Source: Flavobacteriales bacterium
GTDB taxonomy: Bacteria > Bacteroidota > Bacteroidia > JANQJC01
DNA: 64,000 bases
Direction: 5' to 3'
Assembly (NCBI GenBank): GCA_028281825.1
Contig: JANQJC010000100.1
Coordinates: forward strand, 9,854 to 73,853
Shown: piece after piece, positions 28,131 to 38,919 of the stretch
Position numbering within the stretch: position 1 is the first letter of the stretch
Layout: every line of letters begins with the position of its first letter
Position numbers and translations under genes: made by a program
The notes under the pieces: model-generated
Database searches by the model: none
What the model was told of the DNA's origin: nothing
The model's input: the letters and a program-made list of their open reading frames with translations, nothing else

Positions 28131-29219
28131 ATGAAATATTTTATTTTCTCCCTATCTTTTCTGGTATTTTCCGCAGGTTTTATTGTAAAGGTTCAGGGGC
28201 AAATTGCTCCAAAATACTCTAATGAGTTCCTCTCTTTGGGCGTTGGCGCACGGGCTTTGGGTATGGCCAACGCACAAGTTGGTGCGGTGAACGACGTTAC
28301 CGCAGGCTATTGGAACCCCGCCGGTTTAGGGCAAATACAAAATAACTTACAGGTTGCGTTGATGCACTCCGAGTATTTTGCAGGCATTGCTAAATACGAC
28401 TACGCGGCGGTTGCAGCTCGCCTTAACCCAAAGTCAGTTGCAGCATTTAGTGTAATTCGTTTCGGGGTAGATGACATCCCAAACACCACCGAGTTGATAG
28501 ATGCTAACGGCAATATTGACTACGATAGGGTAACTTCATTTTCAGCTGCTGATTACGGCTTTATTTTCTCCTACGCCCGTCAGCCTGATGTCGAAGGTTT
28601 ACGCTATGGTGGTAATGTCAAGATAATATACAGGAATGTAGGCGAGTTTGCCCGGGCATGGGGTTTCGGCTTGGATGCAGGGGTTCAGTTTGATAGGGGC
28701 AATTGGCGTTTTGCTGCCATGGGTCGCGACGTTACTTCCACTTTCAATGCATGGAGTTTTTCATTGGATGAGAGAACAAAAGAAGTGTTTCAACAAACGG
28801 GTAATGAGATACCAAACAATTCTTTAGAAGTTACGCTTCCCAAGCTGATATTGGCTGCAGGTAGGCAATTCAAGATGGGGGAGAAGTTCTCGGCCTATCC
28901 TGAAATTAACTTTGATTTAACCTTTGATGGTAAAAGAAACGTATTGGTAAAAGGAGACCCGATAAGTATTGATCCTCATTTGGGTGTTGAATTTGCATAT
29001 TCTGACTTCATTTTTGTGCGTGGTGGTGTTGGCAATGTGCAGCAGGTGACCAATATTGATAATGAGTTAGTGACTACGTTTCAACCCAACGTGGGTATCG
29101 GTTTAAGAATTAAGAATTTTAGGATTGACTATGCACTTACAGATATAGGTGACCAGTCAATTGCATTATATTCAAATGTATTTTCACTCAGGTTCGACCT
29201 GAACAAAAAAGAGAAATGA
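28131..29219 (+). CDS. FadL-family outer-membrane beta-barrel, candidate T9SS protein PorV (alternative: PorP/SprF or PorQ family)
   Basis: Signal peptide present. An N-terminal NPA motif (AGYWNPAGLG) is typical of the FadL-type hatch. The alternating beta-strand pattern ends with an aromatic residue. The stop overlaps the porU-like start (ATGA at 29216-29219). Confidence 0.5.
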   Translation: MKYFIFSLSFLVFSAGFIVKVQGQIAPKYSNEFLSLGVGARALGMANAQVGAVNDVTAGYWNPAGLGQIQNNLQVALMHSEYFAGIAKYDYAAVAARLNPKSVAAFSVIRFGVDDIPNTTELIDANGNIDYDRVTSFSAADYGFIFSYARQPDVEGLRYGGNVKIIYRNVGEFARAWGFGLDAGVQFDRGNWRFAAMGRDVTSTFNAWSFSLDERTKEVFQQTGNEIPNNSLEVTLPKLILAAGRQFKMGEKFSAYPEINFDLTFDGKRNVLVKGDPISIDPHLGVEFAYSDFIFVRGGVGNVQQVTNIDNELVTTFQPNVGIGLRIKNFRIDYALTDIGDQSIALYSNVFSLRFDLNKKEK

Positions 29220-32200
29220 AGCACTTTTACGCGCTGATTTTTTCCATATTGCCCCTTTTATTGGCCGCTCAACCGCACGGCAACGAGTGGATTGACTACG
29301 GACAGGAATACTATAAATTTGATGTAACACAAAACGGTGTTTATCGTCTGGATTACACTACCCTGCAAAATGCAGGCATAAGTGTTGGTAGCATTGACCC
29401 GCGCAACTTTCAAATCTTCGGACGTGGACAGGAAGAATACATTTACGTTGAAGGGGAAAGCGACGGTACTTTCGATACTGGCGATTATATAGAGTTTTAT
29501 GGCAGAAAGAATGACGGATACTTGGATGGCGAGGTATATGATGACCCAGCGCATCAAGGTAACCCATACTACAGCATGTTTAATGATACCGCGGTCTATT
29601 ACCTCACGTGGAATAATTCTACCAGTAATCGCCGCATGACCTTAGAGACGGATGTAGCCTTCAGCAGTTATTCCGCTTCACCGTTTTTCCAAAAGCTTCA
29701 AATAGCTGATTACCACACTGATTATCATTTGGGAGAGGTAAATCCATTGGTGGGTGCCACTTCACCGCAATACACTGAGAGTGAGGGCTGGTATAGTTAT
29801 TCATTTGATGTTGGATGGTTCGATGTGGGGTATAAAACGGTACCCACACCACTTAGAAACACTTCAGGACCCGCTGCCGAAATCAACATAGGATTGGTGG
29901 GCGTTTCTTCTGATATAAGAAGGGTTAACATGCAATTTGCTGGCGTCAACTTCGATACCATTTTTACAGGGCATGTTTTCACTAAGTACTCCTTTAGTGT
30001 TCCTACTTCAAGCTTGGGTTCTACAACTACGCCATTTGACTTTCGCGTGTATGACGTAAACGGGGAGACAGGCTTTGGGCGTAGTGCGGTCACTTATATC
30101 ACGGTCAAGTATCCTCACTCCCGCGACTTGGGCGGCGCCACAAATATGGAAGGCATCTTTGTGCCATACAACAACTCCCAAGCCAAAACGCGGTTCGATT
30201 TTATCAACTTCTCGGGCGGTGGTTCAGTATGGATGTATGATTTGACCAATCATAAAAGGCTTACAGTAAGTGGCAGTGGGACTAACTATCAGGTATTAAT
30301 ACCCAATTCGACCACATCAGGGCAAGAAAACGAGTGCTACATTACAGCATCAAGCCAAATACAAACCATCTCGAACATAACCCCCGTAGGGCCGAATAAC
30401 TCTGCTTTCTTTACCGATTTTGATGGCTTGATTAACAAGCCAAATTTCCTGGTAATCACCCACCAAAGCTTGATGAACGAGGGGCTTGCTTACGCCAACT
30501 ACCGCGATATGAGCGGCTACGAAGCTATGGCTATTGATGTAAACGAATTATACGACCAATTTTCTCACGGCATCAGGAAGCACCCATTGGCCATTCGTCA
30601 CTTGGCAGATTACATGCTCGATGATTGGCCGGCTGATAGCACCCGTCATATCTTTATATTGGGCAAAGCGATATACTCCCACTCCATCAGAAATAATAGC
30701 ACCTTGAATGACCTTTGTTTGGTGCCTACCTGGGGCTATCCACCAGCGGATAACTTGTTTACTGTTGGTCTAAACAACTCGGGCTTAGCTCCAGCTATTC
30801 CTGTAGGTAGGTTGGCCGCTAAAAATCCTTATGAAGCCCAGATATACCTCGATAAAGTTATCCAGCACGAAGCTGCCGCACCAGCCCCTTGGATGAAACG
30901 CGCCTTAAATTTCGTGGGTGGTAATATTGAGCATCAAACACTTTTGGCATATATGAACGTGTACAAGGATGCCATCGAGGATTCACTGTTTGGTGGGCAG
31001 GTGCAAACTATCGAGAAAAACTCTCAAGACCCCATTCAAATAACCTTGGTTGACTCTATCAGGACCCTGGTAAACGAAGGTGTTTCCATGATGAACTTCT
31101 TTGGTCACGCGGCAGGCTCTAGCTTCGACGTAAGCACTGACGACCCATCTACCTATAGCAATAATGGTAAATACCCGGTGCTGTTTGCCATGTCTTGCTT
31201 AACAGGTGATATTCATGCTGCACCACAAGTATTAACCCCATTAAGCGAGTCATGGGTTATCAATGACAACAAAGGCGCGATTGGCTTTATAGCTTCAGTT
31301 GCTACGGCACTTCCACCATATCTGCACGCATATTCAAGCAGGTACTTCAAGAATTTGTGTTATGAGAACTATGGTCAAACCATTGGCCAGGTGATGCAAC
31401 AGACTATTATTGATGCCACTCAACCCAATAATAAGTTAAGCAAGTGGTGTTCTTGGCAAACTACTCTTCACGGAGACCCAGCAATGGTAGTTAACTCATT
31501 CCCGTTGCCCGATTTGAGTATTGCTGATTCAAGTATCTACTTCACTCCATTGGATGTAACAACAGTAACTGACTCATTTGAGGTGAACATCATCATCACC
31601 AATTTGGGAAGAACCTTTAACGATTCTTTCAGGGTAGAGATAGCACGAACCTTACCCAATGGCTTGGCTGCCCCAACTGAGGTGGAGCAATTCGGCCCTA
31701 TCTTTTTTAGGGATACCATTTCCATGCGTTTGCCCGTGGATTTGATTAATGGCGTCGGACTGAACCAATTGAGCATCCGCGTAGATAGCGACTTTATCAT
31801 TGATGAGTTATCTGAAATGAACAATACGGTCAACAAGCAATTGCTCATCAAGTCACCTGACATATTCCCTGTTTATCCATATGAGTATGCAGTAATGCCC
31901 GAACAGGGCATTACCCTTAAGGCGTCTACAGGTGATGCCTTTGCACCATCGCGTACTTACATATTCGAGATTGACACTACCGACCTGTTCAACAGCCCAC
32001 TAAAGCAAACGACATCCATTACCCAGAGTGGTGGGGTGGTAACATGGTCTCCAAGCTTATTGCAGAATATGCCTGATAGTACAGTCTATTTTTGGCGCAC
32101 AGGCTTAGACTCGACCCAATACGGTGCCTACAACTGGAGAGAAAGTTCATTCCAATATATCATTGGTAAAGAAGGTTGGGGGCAAGCCCATTTCTTCCAA

Positions 32201-34225
32201 TTCAAGAATGACAGGTTTGATAATATCGAACACAATCGCACCACCCGCACTTTCGATTTCGTACCGACAACCAAAAACTTGACTTGCCATAATTTGGGTT
32301 ATGATACGCTTTCTTTCAGCAACTATCTGGATGTAGAGTTCCGTATCAATGGAGCCTTGGGTGATTATGGCGGCTGTGCCCTGCCCGATGCCATTCACAT
32401 CGCAGTAGTTGACCCTAATAACCTGCAGCACTGGGAAACCTGCTGGACAGACCCCAATACGGGTATCTTATACAACGGTGAGCATTGCGGTTTGGGCTAT
32501 ACCACCTGTAATGCCAATCGCCCCCATGGTTACTTCATCTTTAGGATGAACCAGTTAGCAGCCATGGAAACATTCATCAATACGCATATCCCTAATGGGC
32601 ACTATGTATTAGCTTACACCTGGCGGAGAGGCAATTTCCAGACGTGGACCCAAAGCCAAAGGGACGCATTCAATAACATGGGTGCACAGGCCATAGATAC
32701 AATCACTGATGGCAGGCCCTGGATATTCTTCTGTAAAAAAGGGGACTTGTCTTCAGCAATGGAGGTGACTGGGGTTGATGGCCATGCAGCAATTGATTTC
32801 GCTACGTTGATTACCGGAACAAATGATGCAGGTGAAATAACTGCCCCATTAATCGGCCCTGCGGCAGAGTGGAACTCCTTCCATTGGAGGCAATATGCTT
32901 TGGAGACACCTACGTTGGATTCCATTCGCATTAATGTGATAGGAGTGAGGGCTAATCAAACAGAGCAAGTGATGTTGGCTGAATTAACGCCCGATACAGT
33001 AATGGATATTCTCAACCTATTCAACTATGTGGATGCGGCAGAGTTCCCCTATTTGAAATTAAATGCCTACACGCAGGACAGCGACTCAACCAGAACGCCA
33101 GCCCAAATAGATAGGTGGCAGGTGCTGTTTGAAGGTGTGCCAGAGGCGGCGCTCAACCCAAGCGCGGCCTTCTACTTCAACGGACCTGAAGTGCCCGAGT
33201 ATGACAGCTTGCGCTGTGCAATAGCCATTGAGAATATCTCGGATTATGATATGGATAGTCTATTGGTGCACTATTGGGTAATAGATGCAGCAGGTGCCAG
33301 GCATGACGTGCCTTACGCAAGGCAAGACTCATTAAAAGTAGGTGAAACATTGCTAGATACGGTGGCTTTCTCAACGGGTGGTTTTGAAGGGCTAAATAGC
33401 TTCTGGATTGAGGCCAACCCCAATAACGACCAATTAGAGAAATACCATTTCAATAATCTGGCTAATATTAGCTTTACAGTTGCTGGCGACCGCATTAATC
33501 CAATACTGGATGTTACATTTGATGGAGTACATATTTTAGATGGTGACATCGTTTCAGCCAAACCCACTATTGTAATGGAACTGGATGATGAAAACGTCAA
33601 CCTGATAATGGACGAACCACAGGATACTTCACTTTTTGCGGTGTTCGTCAGAAGGCCTGACGCTACTGTTCCTGAGCGTGTTTATTTCACCAAGAGCGGA
33701 TTGCCTCAAATGATTTTTACGCCAGCTTCGGCACCTGAAAACAAATGCAAAATTGAGTTCCCGGCAGAGTTCAATCAAGATGGTGTTTATGAGCTAATAG
33801 TGCAGGCAAAAGATAAATCCAACAATAGCTCTGGTGATTTAGACTACCATATCACGTTTGAAGTGATTAACAGGTCCACCATCACAAATGTGTTGAATTA
33901 TCCTAATCCATTTTCTACATCCACCCAGTTTGTATTTGTATTGACAGGTTCAGAAATACCTACCGATTTCAGGATACAGATAATGACTATTTCAGGTAAG
34001 GTGGTCAAGGAGATTGGTTTAGATGAAATAGGCCCCATCCACATTGGTAGAAACATCACTCAATATACCTGGAACGGTAAAGATGAATATGGAGACCAAT
34101 TGGCGAATGGTATCTACCTGTATCGCGTTATCACCAGGATGGGTACGGAGTTCATTGAAAACAGGGCTACTAATGCTGATAAGTATTTCAAGAGTGGTTT
34201 CGGCAAGATGTACCTGATGCGCTAA
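29216..34225 (+). CDS. porU: T9SS C-terminal signal peptidase PorU-like (peptidase C25 family) with type A sorting domain
   Basis: Signal peptide present. The C25 catalytic pair is seen in NFFGHAAGSSF ... LFAMSCLTGDIHA. The C-terminus matches Por_Secre_tail (NYPNPFSTSTQFVFVL...NGIYLYRV). At 1669 aa it is longer than typical PorU. Confidence 0.7.
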   Translation: MKHFYALIFSILPLLLAAQPHGNEWIDYGQEYYKFDVTQNGVYRLDYTTLQNAGISVGSIDPRNFQIFGRGQEEYIYVEGESDGTFDTGDYIEFYGRKNDGYLDGEVYDDPAHQGNPYYSMFNDTAVYYLTWNNSTSNRRMTLETDVAFSSYSASPFFQKLQIADYHTDYHLGEVNPLVGATSPQYTESEGWYSYSFDVGWFDVGYKTVPTPLRNTSGPAAEINIGLVGVSSDIRRVNMQFAGVNFDTIFTGHVFTKYSFSVPTSSLGSTTTPFDFRVYDVNGETGFGRSAVTYITVKYPHSRDLGGATNMEGIFVPYNNSQAKTRFDFINFSGGGSVWMYDLTNHKRLTVSGSGTNYQVLIPNSTTSGQENECYITASSQIQTISNITPVGPNNSAFFTDFDGLINKPNFLVITHQSLMNEGLAYANYRDMSGYEAMAIDVNELYDQFSHGIRKHPLAIRHLADYMLDDWPADSTRHIFILGKAIYSHSIRNNSTLNDLCLVPTWGYPPADNLFTVGLNNSGLAPAIPVGRLAAKNPYEAQIYLDKVIQHEAAAPAPWMKRALNFVGGNIEHQTLLAYMNVYKDAIEDSLFGGQVQTIEKNSQDPIQITLVDSIRTLVNEGVSMMNFFGHAAGSSFDVSTDDPSTYSNNGKYPVLFAMSCLTGDIHAAPQVLTPLSESWVINDNKGAIGFIASVATALPPYLHAYSSRYFKNLCYENYGQTIGQVMQQTIIDATQPNNKLSKWCSWQTTLHGDPAMVVNSFPLPDLSIADSSIYFTPLDVTTVTDSFEVNIIITNLGRTFNDSFRVEIARTLPNGLAAPTEVEQFGPIFFRDTISMRLPVDLINGVGLNQLSIRVDSDFIIDELSEMNNTVNKQLLIKSPDIFPVYPYEYAVMPEQGITLKASTGDAFAPSRTYIFEIDTTDLFNSPLKQTTSITQSGGVVTWSPSLLQNMPDSTVYFWRTGLDSTQYGAYNWRESSFQYIIGKEGWGQAHFFQFKNDRFDNIEHNRTTRTFDFVPTTKNLTCHNLGYDTLSFSNYLDVEFRINGALGDYGGCALPDAIHIAVVDPNNLQHWETCWTDPNTGILYNGEHCGLGYTTCNANRPHGYFIFRMNQLAAMETFINTHIPNGHYVLAYTWRRGNFQTWTQSQRDAFNNMGAQAIDTITDGRPWIFFCKKGDLSSAMEVTGVDGHAAIDFATLITGTNDAGEITAPLIGPAAEWNSFHWRQYALETPTLDSIRINVIGVRANQTEQVMLAELTPDTVMDILNLFNYVDAAEFPYLKLNAYTQDSDSTRTPAQIDRWQVLFEGVPEAALNPSAAFYFNGPEVPEYDSLRCAIAIENISDYDMDSLLVHYWVIDAAGARHDVPYARQDSLKVGETLLDTVAFSTGGFEGLNSFWIEANPNNDQLEKYHFNNLANISFTVAGDRINPILDVTFDGVHILDGDIVSAKPTIVMELDDENVNLIMDEPQDTSLFAVFVRRPDATVPERVYFTKSGLPQMIFTPASAPENKCKIEFPAEFNQDGVYELIVQAKDKSNNSSGDLDYHITFEVINRSTITNVLNYPNPFSTSTQFVFVLTGSEIPTDFRIQIMTISGKVVKEIGLDEIGPIHIGRNITQYTWNGKDEYGDQLANGIYLYRVITRMGTEFIENRATNADKYFKSGFGKMYLMR

Positions 34226-34227
34226 TT

Positions 34228-35712
34228 CTAGTGTAATGGGATAGGCATTCTCTTTTCCACAAATATCCCATCTAATTTATATAGATAACCTTTCTCTTTC
34301 CCCAATTTCTGACTCAATTGCAGAGCTTCTTCATAATTCTCTGCGGGTAACATATTTCGTTTGGCACAGTAAATAAAGTAGTGCAAATGCTCGGGTTTTG
34401 CGCCTTGTATAAAAATGGCTTCATCAGGCTTAGTTGAGCCACTGATAGGTGTCGACATATTAATAATGTAATTCTCCCAGGGGTCTTCGGGTATGTCATT
34501 CCGCAGAAAAACAACAGAAGCATAAATGCTTATTGCCAATGCTCCAGTGGCTATCCATTTAGTCCATGCATTAGGCATGGCTCCAATTATTAACCCAGTT
34601 AATGTTGCAATTACAATCCCCCATTTAGCATGATAAAGGTAATGAGTAACATTAGCGTTAAAGAACACTGCAAAGTGCAGTAAGGCTGGGATTAGTACTA
34701 AAAACAATAAAGGCTGAAAAGCAGGGTTGGGGGTTTTTTCTTTTTTGCGCGCCATTAAACCAAAGGCCACGCTAAGGAGTACAAAAAAGTATCCCACCCA
34801 TTTCAATAAGTGGTGAAACTGTTCAACTAGCATTTGATACGAAGCTGGATTCAACATACTCATTTGTTGGTCGCTGTATGCTTTACCAAAAAAGCCACTT
34901 CTTTCCAAAAAGCGAATGGATATACTGTGCAAGAAAGCCTGCACTCCTGCTATGCTGTTGTATTGAATGAAGATGAGTAGTAAAGCCAATGCAGCAAAGC
35001 CTGTTAACACAGTACTTAGCTTTTTGTATAATTCAGGCTTGCTGACAATTAAATAAGCTAAGGCTGAGATGATAAAAAACACTCCCATCCAATCTGAGTA
35101 TACGAATAGGAAACTTGTTAACCCCAATAGAATCCATTGCCACAAAGCCAATGATTTTTGTTTCGTTGACCAATACAAACTGGCTACGCAAATTGCCCAG
35201 AAACCCAGGCCAACGGTCTCCGAGAAATAATGAAAGGTGAAGCCATACATGAGTATGGGAAAGAACGTACAGACTGCAAAAGCGATAAAGCTACTCCACA
35301 CATTTTTGGATAATAGAAATACCAGCCAGAAAATGCTTGTAGCAGTTATTAGGTGAAACAACAATCCCAATCCTTTCAATATTCTATGAGATGGCTTGCT
35401 CCCAGTAATCCACAAAATAGCATGTGCAAGTTGAAAGGAAAAGGGAGGGTGTGATGTGTAATAGTTATTGCCTTCACTATCCTCCAGTCTTTTGTATAAG
35501 TGCATGTGCTTATCTCCAGCATTAGGCCAGGTATTGATAGGGCTGAAATAACTCTTACTGACGCCTTTTTCATGCCATATCTCGAGGGTGGTGAGCATAA
35601 AAATATTTCCCGTTTGCCAAATATGCACTCTCTCTTCCAGCATGGGTAATCGAACCAATACCGACAGGGCATAAACGGCAATCAAGGCAAAAAACAAAAG
35701 GAATTTCTTCAT
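34228..35712 (-). CDS. Polytopic membrane protein, possibly GT-C family (ArnT/PMT-like) glycosyltransferase
   Basis: About 12 TM helices. The N-terminal loop contains YTSHPPF. It is convergent with porU. The family assignment is weak. Confidence 0.4.
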   Translation of the reverse strand: MKKFLLFFALIAVYALSVLVRLPMLEERVHIWQTGNIFMLTTLEIWHEKGVSKSYFSPINTWPNAGDKHMHLYKRLEDSEGNNYYTSHPPFSFQLAHAILWITGSKPSHRILKGLGLLFHLITATSIFWLVFLLSKNVWSSFIAFAVCTFFPILMYGFTFHYFSETVGLGFWAICVASLYWSTKQKSLALWQWILLGLTSFLFVYSDWMGVFFIISALAYLIVSKPELYKKLSTVLTGFAALALLLIFIQYNSIAGVQAFLHSISIRFLERSGFFGKAYSDQQMSMLNPASYQMLVEQFHHLLKWVGYFFVLLSVAFGLMARKKEKTPNPAFQPLLFLVLIPALLHFAVFFNANVTHYLYHAKWGIVIATLTGLIIGAMPNAWTKWIATGALAISIYASVVFLRNDIPEDPWENYIINMSTPISGSTKPDEAIFIQGAKPEHLHYFIYCAKRNMLPAENYEEALQLSQKLGKEKGYLYKLDGIFVEKRMPIPLH

Positions 35713-35781
35713 AGCTCAATGCGGAAAATTAGGCATTTAAAACTTGAAAAAGAATTGAAAGCCTAGTTGCTCACAATCTTA

Positions 35782-35789
35782 TATCTTTG
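35782..35789 (+). promoter_or_regulatory. Candidate -7 element TATCTTTG upstream of lnt
   Basis: The motif matches the Bacteroidetes TAnnTTTG consensus, 16 nt upstream of the MKRIYS start at 35805. Confidence 0.25.
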
Positions 35790-37424
35790 GGCTGTTACAA
35801 TCCTATGAAAAGAATTTACTCCCTGCTACTTTCAATCCTTAGCGGCTTGCTTTTCACGGCAGCCTGGCCTGAGAATGGTTTTGCCCCTTTGCTTTTTGTA
35901 GCATTTGTGCCGCTGCTTTTTGTGGAGCAAGCCATAGCTGATAAAGGTTACAAATACTCTTTCATTCGTCTTTTGCCTTATGTATACCTTACTTTCATTA
36001 TCTGGAATCTACTGACTACCTATTGGGTGTGGCATTCCTCGCCTGAAGGCTCAGTAGCGGCGTTTACCCTTAATACACTATTTATCAGCATTGTGTTTTG
36101 TTTGGGCCATGTTACTAAAAAACGCTTAGGTTCAACCCCAGGCTATATGGCCATCGTCACCTATTGGATGAGTTATGAATATCTGCATCTGCGTTGGGAG
36201 CTTTCATGGCCTTGGCTCACGTTGGGTAATGGCTTTTCTGAGTACTACACGTGGGTTCAGTGGTATGAGTATACTGGAGTATTTGGTGGCGCTGCTTGGA
36301 TTTTTATTGTGAATATCATCATCTATCAGATATTGAGAAGGGTATTGGTGCTTAAAGAGAGTTTTGCAAGTCAACTCAAGGGGGTAGTGGGTGTAGTATT
36401 GCTGATTGTCATTCCAATTATCATCTCACTGGTAATGTATTCCAGCTATGAGGAGGAAGAAAACCCAGTTGAGATGGTTGTAGTTCAGCCCAATATAGAC
36501 CCATACTTCGAGAAGTTTGATGGTATGACAGCCAAAGCCCAATTGGAGAAATTGCTGGACTTGGGTAGGCAAGAACTCACGCAGAATAGTAAATTCTTTG
36601 TCGGCCCTGAAACTGCGCTTATTGAAGGTATTTGGGAAGGTAGGGAAGAGAACTCTGGTAGTTTTGGTATGCTCAGGGAGTTTTTGGAGGAATACCCTGA
36701 CCTTAGTATCGTGATAGGCCTTTCTACCTACAAAATGTATACAGATGGTGAAAAGCCCAGTCCTACTGCCCGTAAATATCGCGGTAGAGAGGATATGCGT
36801 TATGACGCCTACAATACTGGTATGATACTGGAAAAAGATAGGCCCGCCGTGTTCTATCACAAATCAAAACTGGTGCCTGGGGTCGAGAAAATGCCTTATC
36901 CGAAAATATTCGGCTTTCTTGAAAAACTGGCTATTGATTTGGGGGGCATTTCGGGCAGTTTAGGCATGCAGGATGAGAGGACAGTTTTCTTTTCCAAAGA
37001 CAGCATTGGAGCTGCACCGGCTATCTGTTATGAAAGCATTTATGGGGAGTATGTTACGGATTATATCAGAAATGGAGCCAATTTTATTTTTATAATCACC
37101 AACGATGGCTGGTGGTATGACACTCCTGGCCATAGGCAACACAATAGTTACGCCCGCCTGCGTGCTATCGAAACAAGAAGAAGTATAGCCCGCTCCGCCA
37201 ATACAGGCATCTCATGCTTTGTTAACCAAAGAGGTGACATGCAACAGCAAACGAAGTATTGGACCCCCGATGTCATCAAGGCAAGTATCAACTCTAATGA
37301 TGAGTGGACTTTCTATACCCGTTTTGGGGATTATATTGCTCGCGTAGCTATTCTACTTATGGCTTTACTACTTCTTTGGACCATTGCAGTATCTCTCAAT
37401 AAGACAAAAAGTAGGCTAGGATAA
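35787..37424 (+). CDS. lnt: Apolipoprotein N-acyltransferase Lnt. The likely start is at 35805
   Basis: An N-terminal multi-TM domain is followed by a C-terminal CN-hydrolase domain (catalytic Cys context ICYESIYGEY). Confidence 0.85.
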   Translation: MGCYNPMKRIYSLLLSILSGLLFTAAWPENGFAPLLFVAFVPLLFVEQAIADKGYKYSFIRLLPYVYLTFIIWNLLTTYWVWHSSPEGSVAAFTLNTLFISIVFCLGHVTKKRLGSTPGYMAIVTYWMSYEYLHLRWELSWPWLTLGNGFSEYYTWVQWYEYTGVFGGAAWIFIVNIIIYQILRRVLVLKESFASQLKGVVGVVLLIVIPIIISLVMYSSYEEEENPVEMVVVQPNIDPYFEKFDGMTAKAQLEKLLDLGRQELTQNSKFFVGPETALIEGIWEGREENSGSFGMLREFLEEYPDLSIVIGLSTYKMYTDGEKPSPTARKYRGREDMRYDAYNTGMILEKDRPAVFYHKSKLVPGVEKMPYPKIFGFLEKLAIDLGGISGSLGMQDERTVFFSKDSIGAAPAICYESIYGEYVTDYIRNGANFIFIITNDGWWYDTPGHRQHNSYARLRAIETRRSIARSANTGISCFVNQRGDMQQQTKYWTPDVIKASINSNDEWTFYTRFGDYIARVAILLMALLLLWTIAVSLNKTKSRLG

Positions 37425-37478
37425 CAACTGAACAAATCAAATAGTTAGCGGTTTAATTGCTCAAAACCTCATTTGGGT

Positions 37479-37486
37479 TAATTTTG
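37479..37486 (+). promoter_or_regulatory. Candidate -7 element TAATTTTG upstream of lpdA
   Basis: The motif matches TAnnTTTG and lies 27 nt upstream of the ATG at 37513. Confidence 0.25.
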
Positions 37487-37512
37487 CACCGTCAATAAAA
37501 GAAAATCTTATC

Positions 37513-38919
37513 ATGAGTAAATACGATGTGGCCGTTATCGGCTCTGGTCCTGGTGGATATATAGCAGCAATCAGGTGTTCGCAATTGGGTATGAAAACAG
37601 CAATTATTGAGCGTTACCCCACACTTGGAGGAACTTGTTTGAATGTGGGTTGTATCCCTTCAAAAGCCCTGCTTGACTCATCAGAGCACTATCACAATGC
37701 CCAAACACACTTTGAGACGCACGGTATTAATACAGGTAAGCTAAGCGTAAACTTTGGGCAAATGATAAAGCGCAAGGCAGAAGTAGTGCAGCAAACTTGT
37801 GATGGTGTGGCTTTTCTTATGAAAAAGAACAAGATTGATGTATATGAAGGCCACGGCTCATTTTTAGATAAAAACACTATTGAGGTAGCTAAGAATGATG
37901 GCAAGAAAGAAAAGATAGAAGCTGGAAAAGTAATTATAGCTACTGGTTCAAAGCCAGCCAGCATACCTGGCGTGGAGATTGACAAGAAAAGGATAATCAC
38001 TTCAACTGAAGCATTGAGCCTTTCTGAGATACCAAAATCAATGGTAGTGATTGGTGGCGGGGTGATAGGTTTGGAGATTGGTTCTGTGTATGCACGCTTG
38101 GGAACTGAAGTATCTGTGGTTGAGTTCACCGACTCATTGATTGGTACCATGGATGCTACCATGGGCAAGGAACTTCAGAAAGTATTGAAAAAATTGGGCT
38201 TTAAATTCTATTTAGGCCACAAGGTTACCGAAGTATCTTCGAGAGGCAAAACGGTTACGGTAAAGGCAGAAAACCTAAAGAAAGGCGATACTATTGAGTT
38301 AAAAGGTGATTATTGCCTGGTATCGGTTGGTCGCAAGGCATATACTGATAACCTGGGCTTGGATAAGATAGGTATCAAAACGGACGAAAGGGGAAGGGTG
38401 GAAGTAGATGGAAACCTTGAAACCAATGTAAAAGGCATCTACGCCATAGGTGATGTGGTAAAGGGCGCAATGCTGGCCCACAAGGCGGAAGAAGAAGGTG
38501 TTTTTGTGGCAGAGATTATGGCAGGTCAAAAGCCGCATATCAATTACAACTTAATTCCATCAGTAGTATACACGTGGCCTGAAGTGGCTAGTGTTGGTTA
38601 TACAGAGCAGCAGCTAAAGGAACAAGGCCGTGAGTATAAAACAGGTACTTGCCCTTTCAGGGCCATAGCCCGTGCCCGCGCTAGCATTGACTTGGATGGC
38701 CAGGTGAAGGTATTAGCTGATGCCGAGACGGACGAAATATTGGGTGTTCACATCATAGGCCCTCGCGCTGCCGATATGATAGCTGAAGGGGTAGTGGCTA
38801 TGGAATACCGTGCTTCGGCCGAAGATATTGCTCGTATGAGCCATGCTCACCCTACATTTACTGAAGCCATCAAGGAGGCTTGTTTAGACGCAACTGATAA
38901 AAGAGCATTGAACCTGTAA
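37513..38919 (+). CDS. lpdA: Dihydrolipoyl dehydrogenase (E3)
   Basis: FAD motif VIGSGPGGYIAAI, redox-active disulfide GGTCLNVGCIPSK and the C-terminal interface HAHPT are present. Confidence 0.9.
   Translation: MSKYDVAVIGSGPGGYIAAIRCSQLGMKTAIIERYPTLGGTCLNVGCIPSKALLDSSEHYHNAQTHFETHGINTGKLSVNFGQMIKRKAEVVQQTCDGVAFLMKKNKIDVYEGHGSFLDKNTIEVAKNDGKKEKIEAGKVIIATGSKPASIPGVEIDKKRIITSTEALSLSEIPKSMVVIGGGVIGLEIGSVYARLGTEVSVVEFTDSLIGTMDATMGKELQKVLKKLGFKFYLGHKVTEVSSRGKTVTVKAENLKKGDTIELKGDYCLVSVGRKAYTDNLGLDKIGIKTDERGRVEVDGNLETNVKGIYAIGDVVKGAMLAHKAEEEGVFVAEIMAGQKPHINYNLIPSVVYTWPEVASVGYTEQQLKEQGREYKTGTCPFRAIARARASIDLDGQVKVLADAETDEILGVHIIGPRAADMIAEGVVAMEYRASAEDIARMSHAHPTFTEAIKEACLDATDKRALNL

Noticed and set aside
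28131-29219. Alternative identity PorP/SprF or PorQ for the 362 aa barrel
   Set aside because: Not fully rejected. The NPA hatch motif and coupling to porU favour PorV, but this cannot be resolved without profile searches.
36426-38168. Minus-strand ORFs 36426-36860 and 37692-38168
   Set aside because: They are antisense to lnt and lpdA respectively. Both sense genes have unambiguous catalytic motifs.
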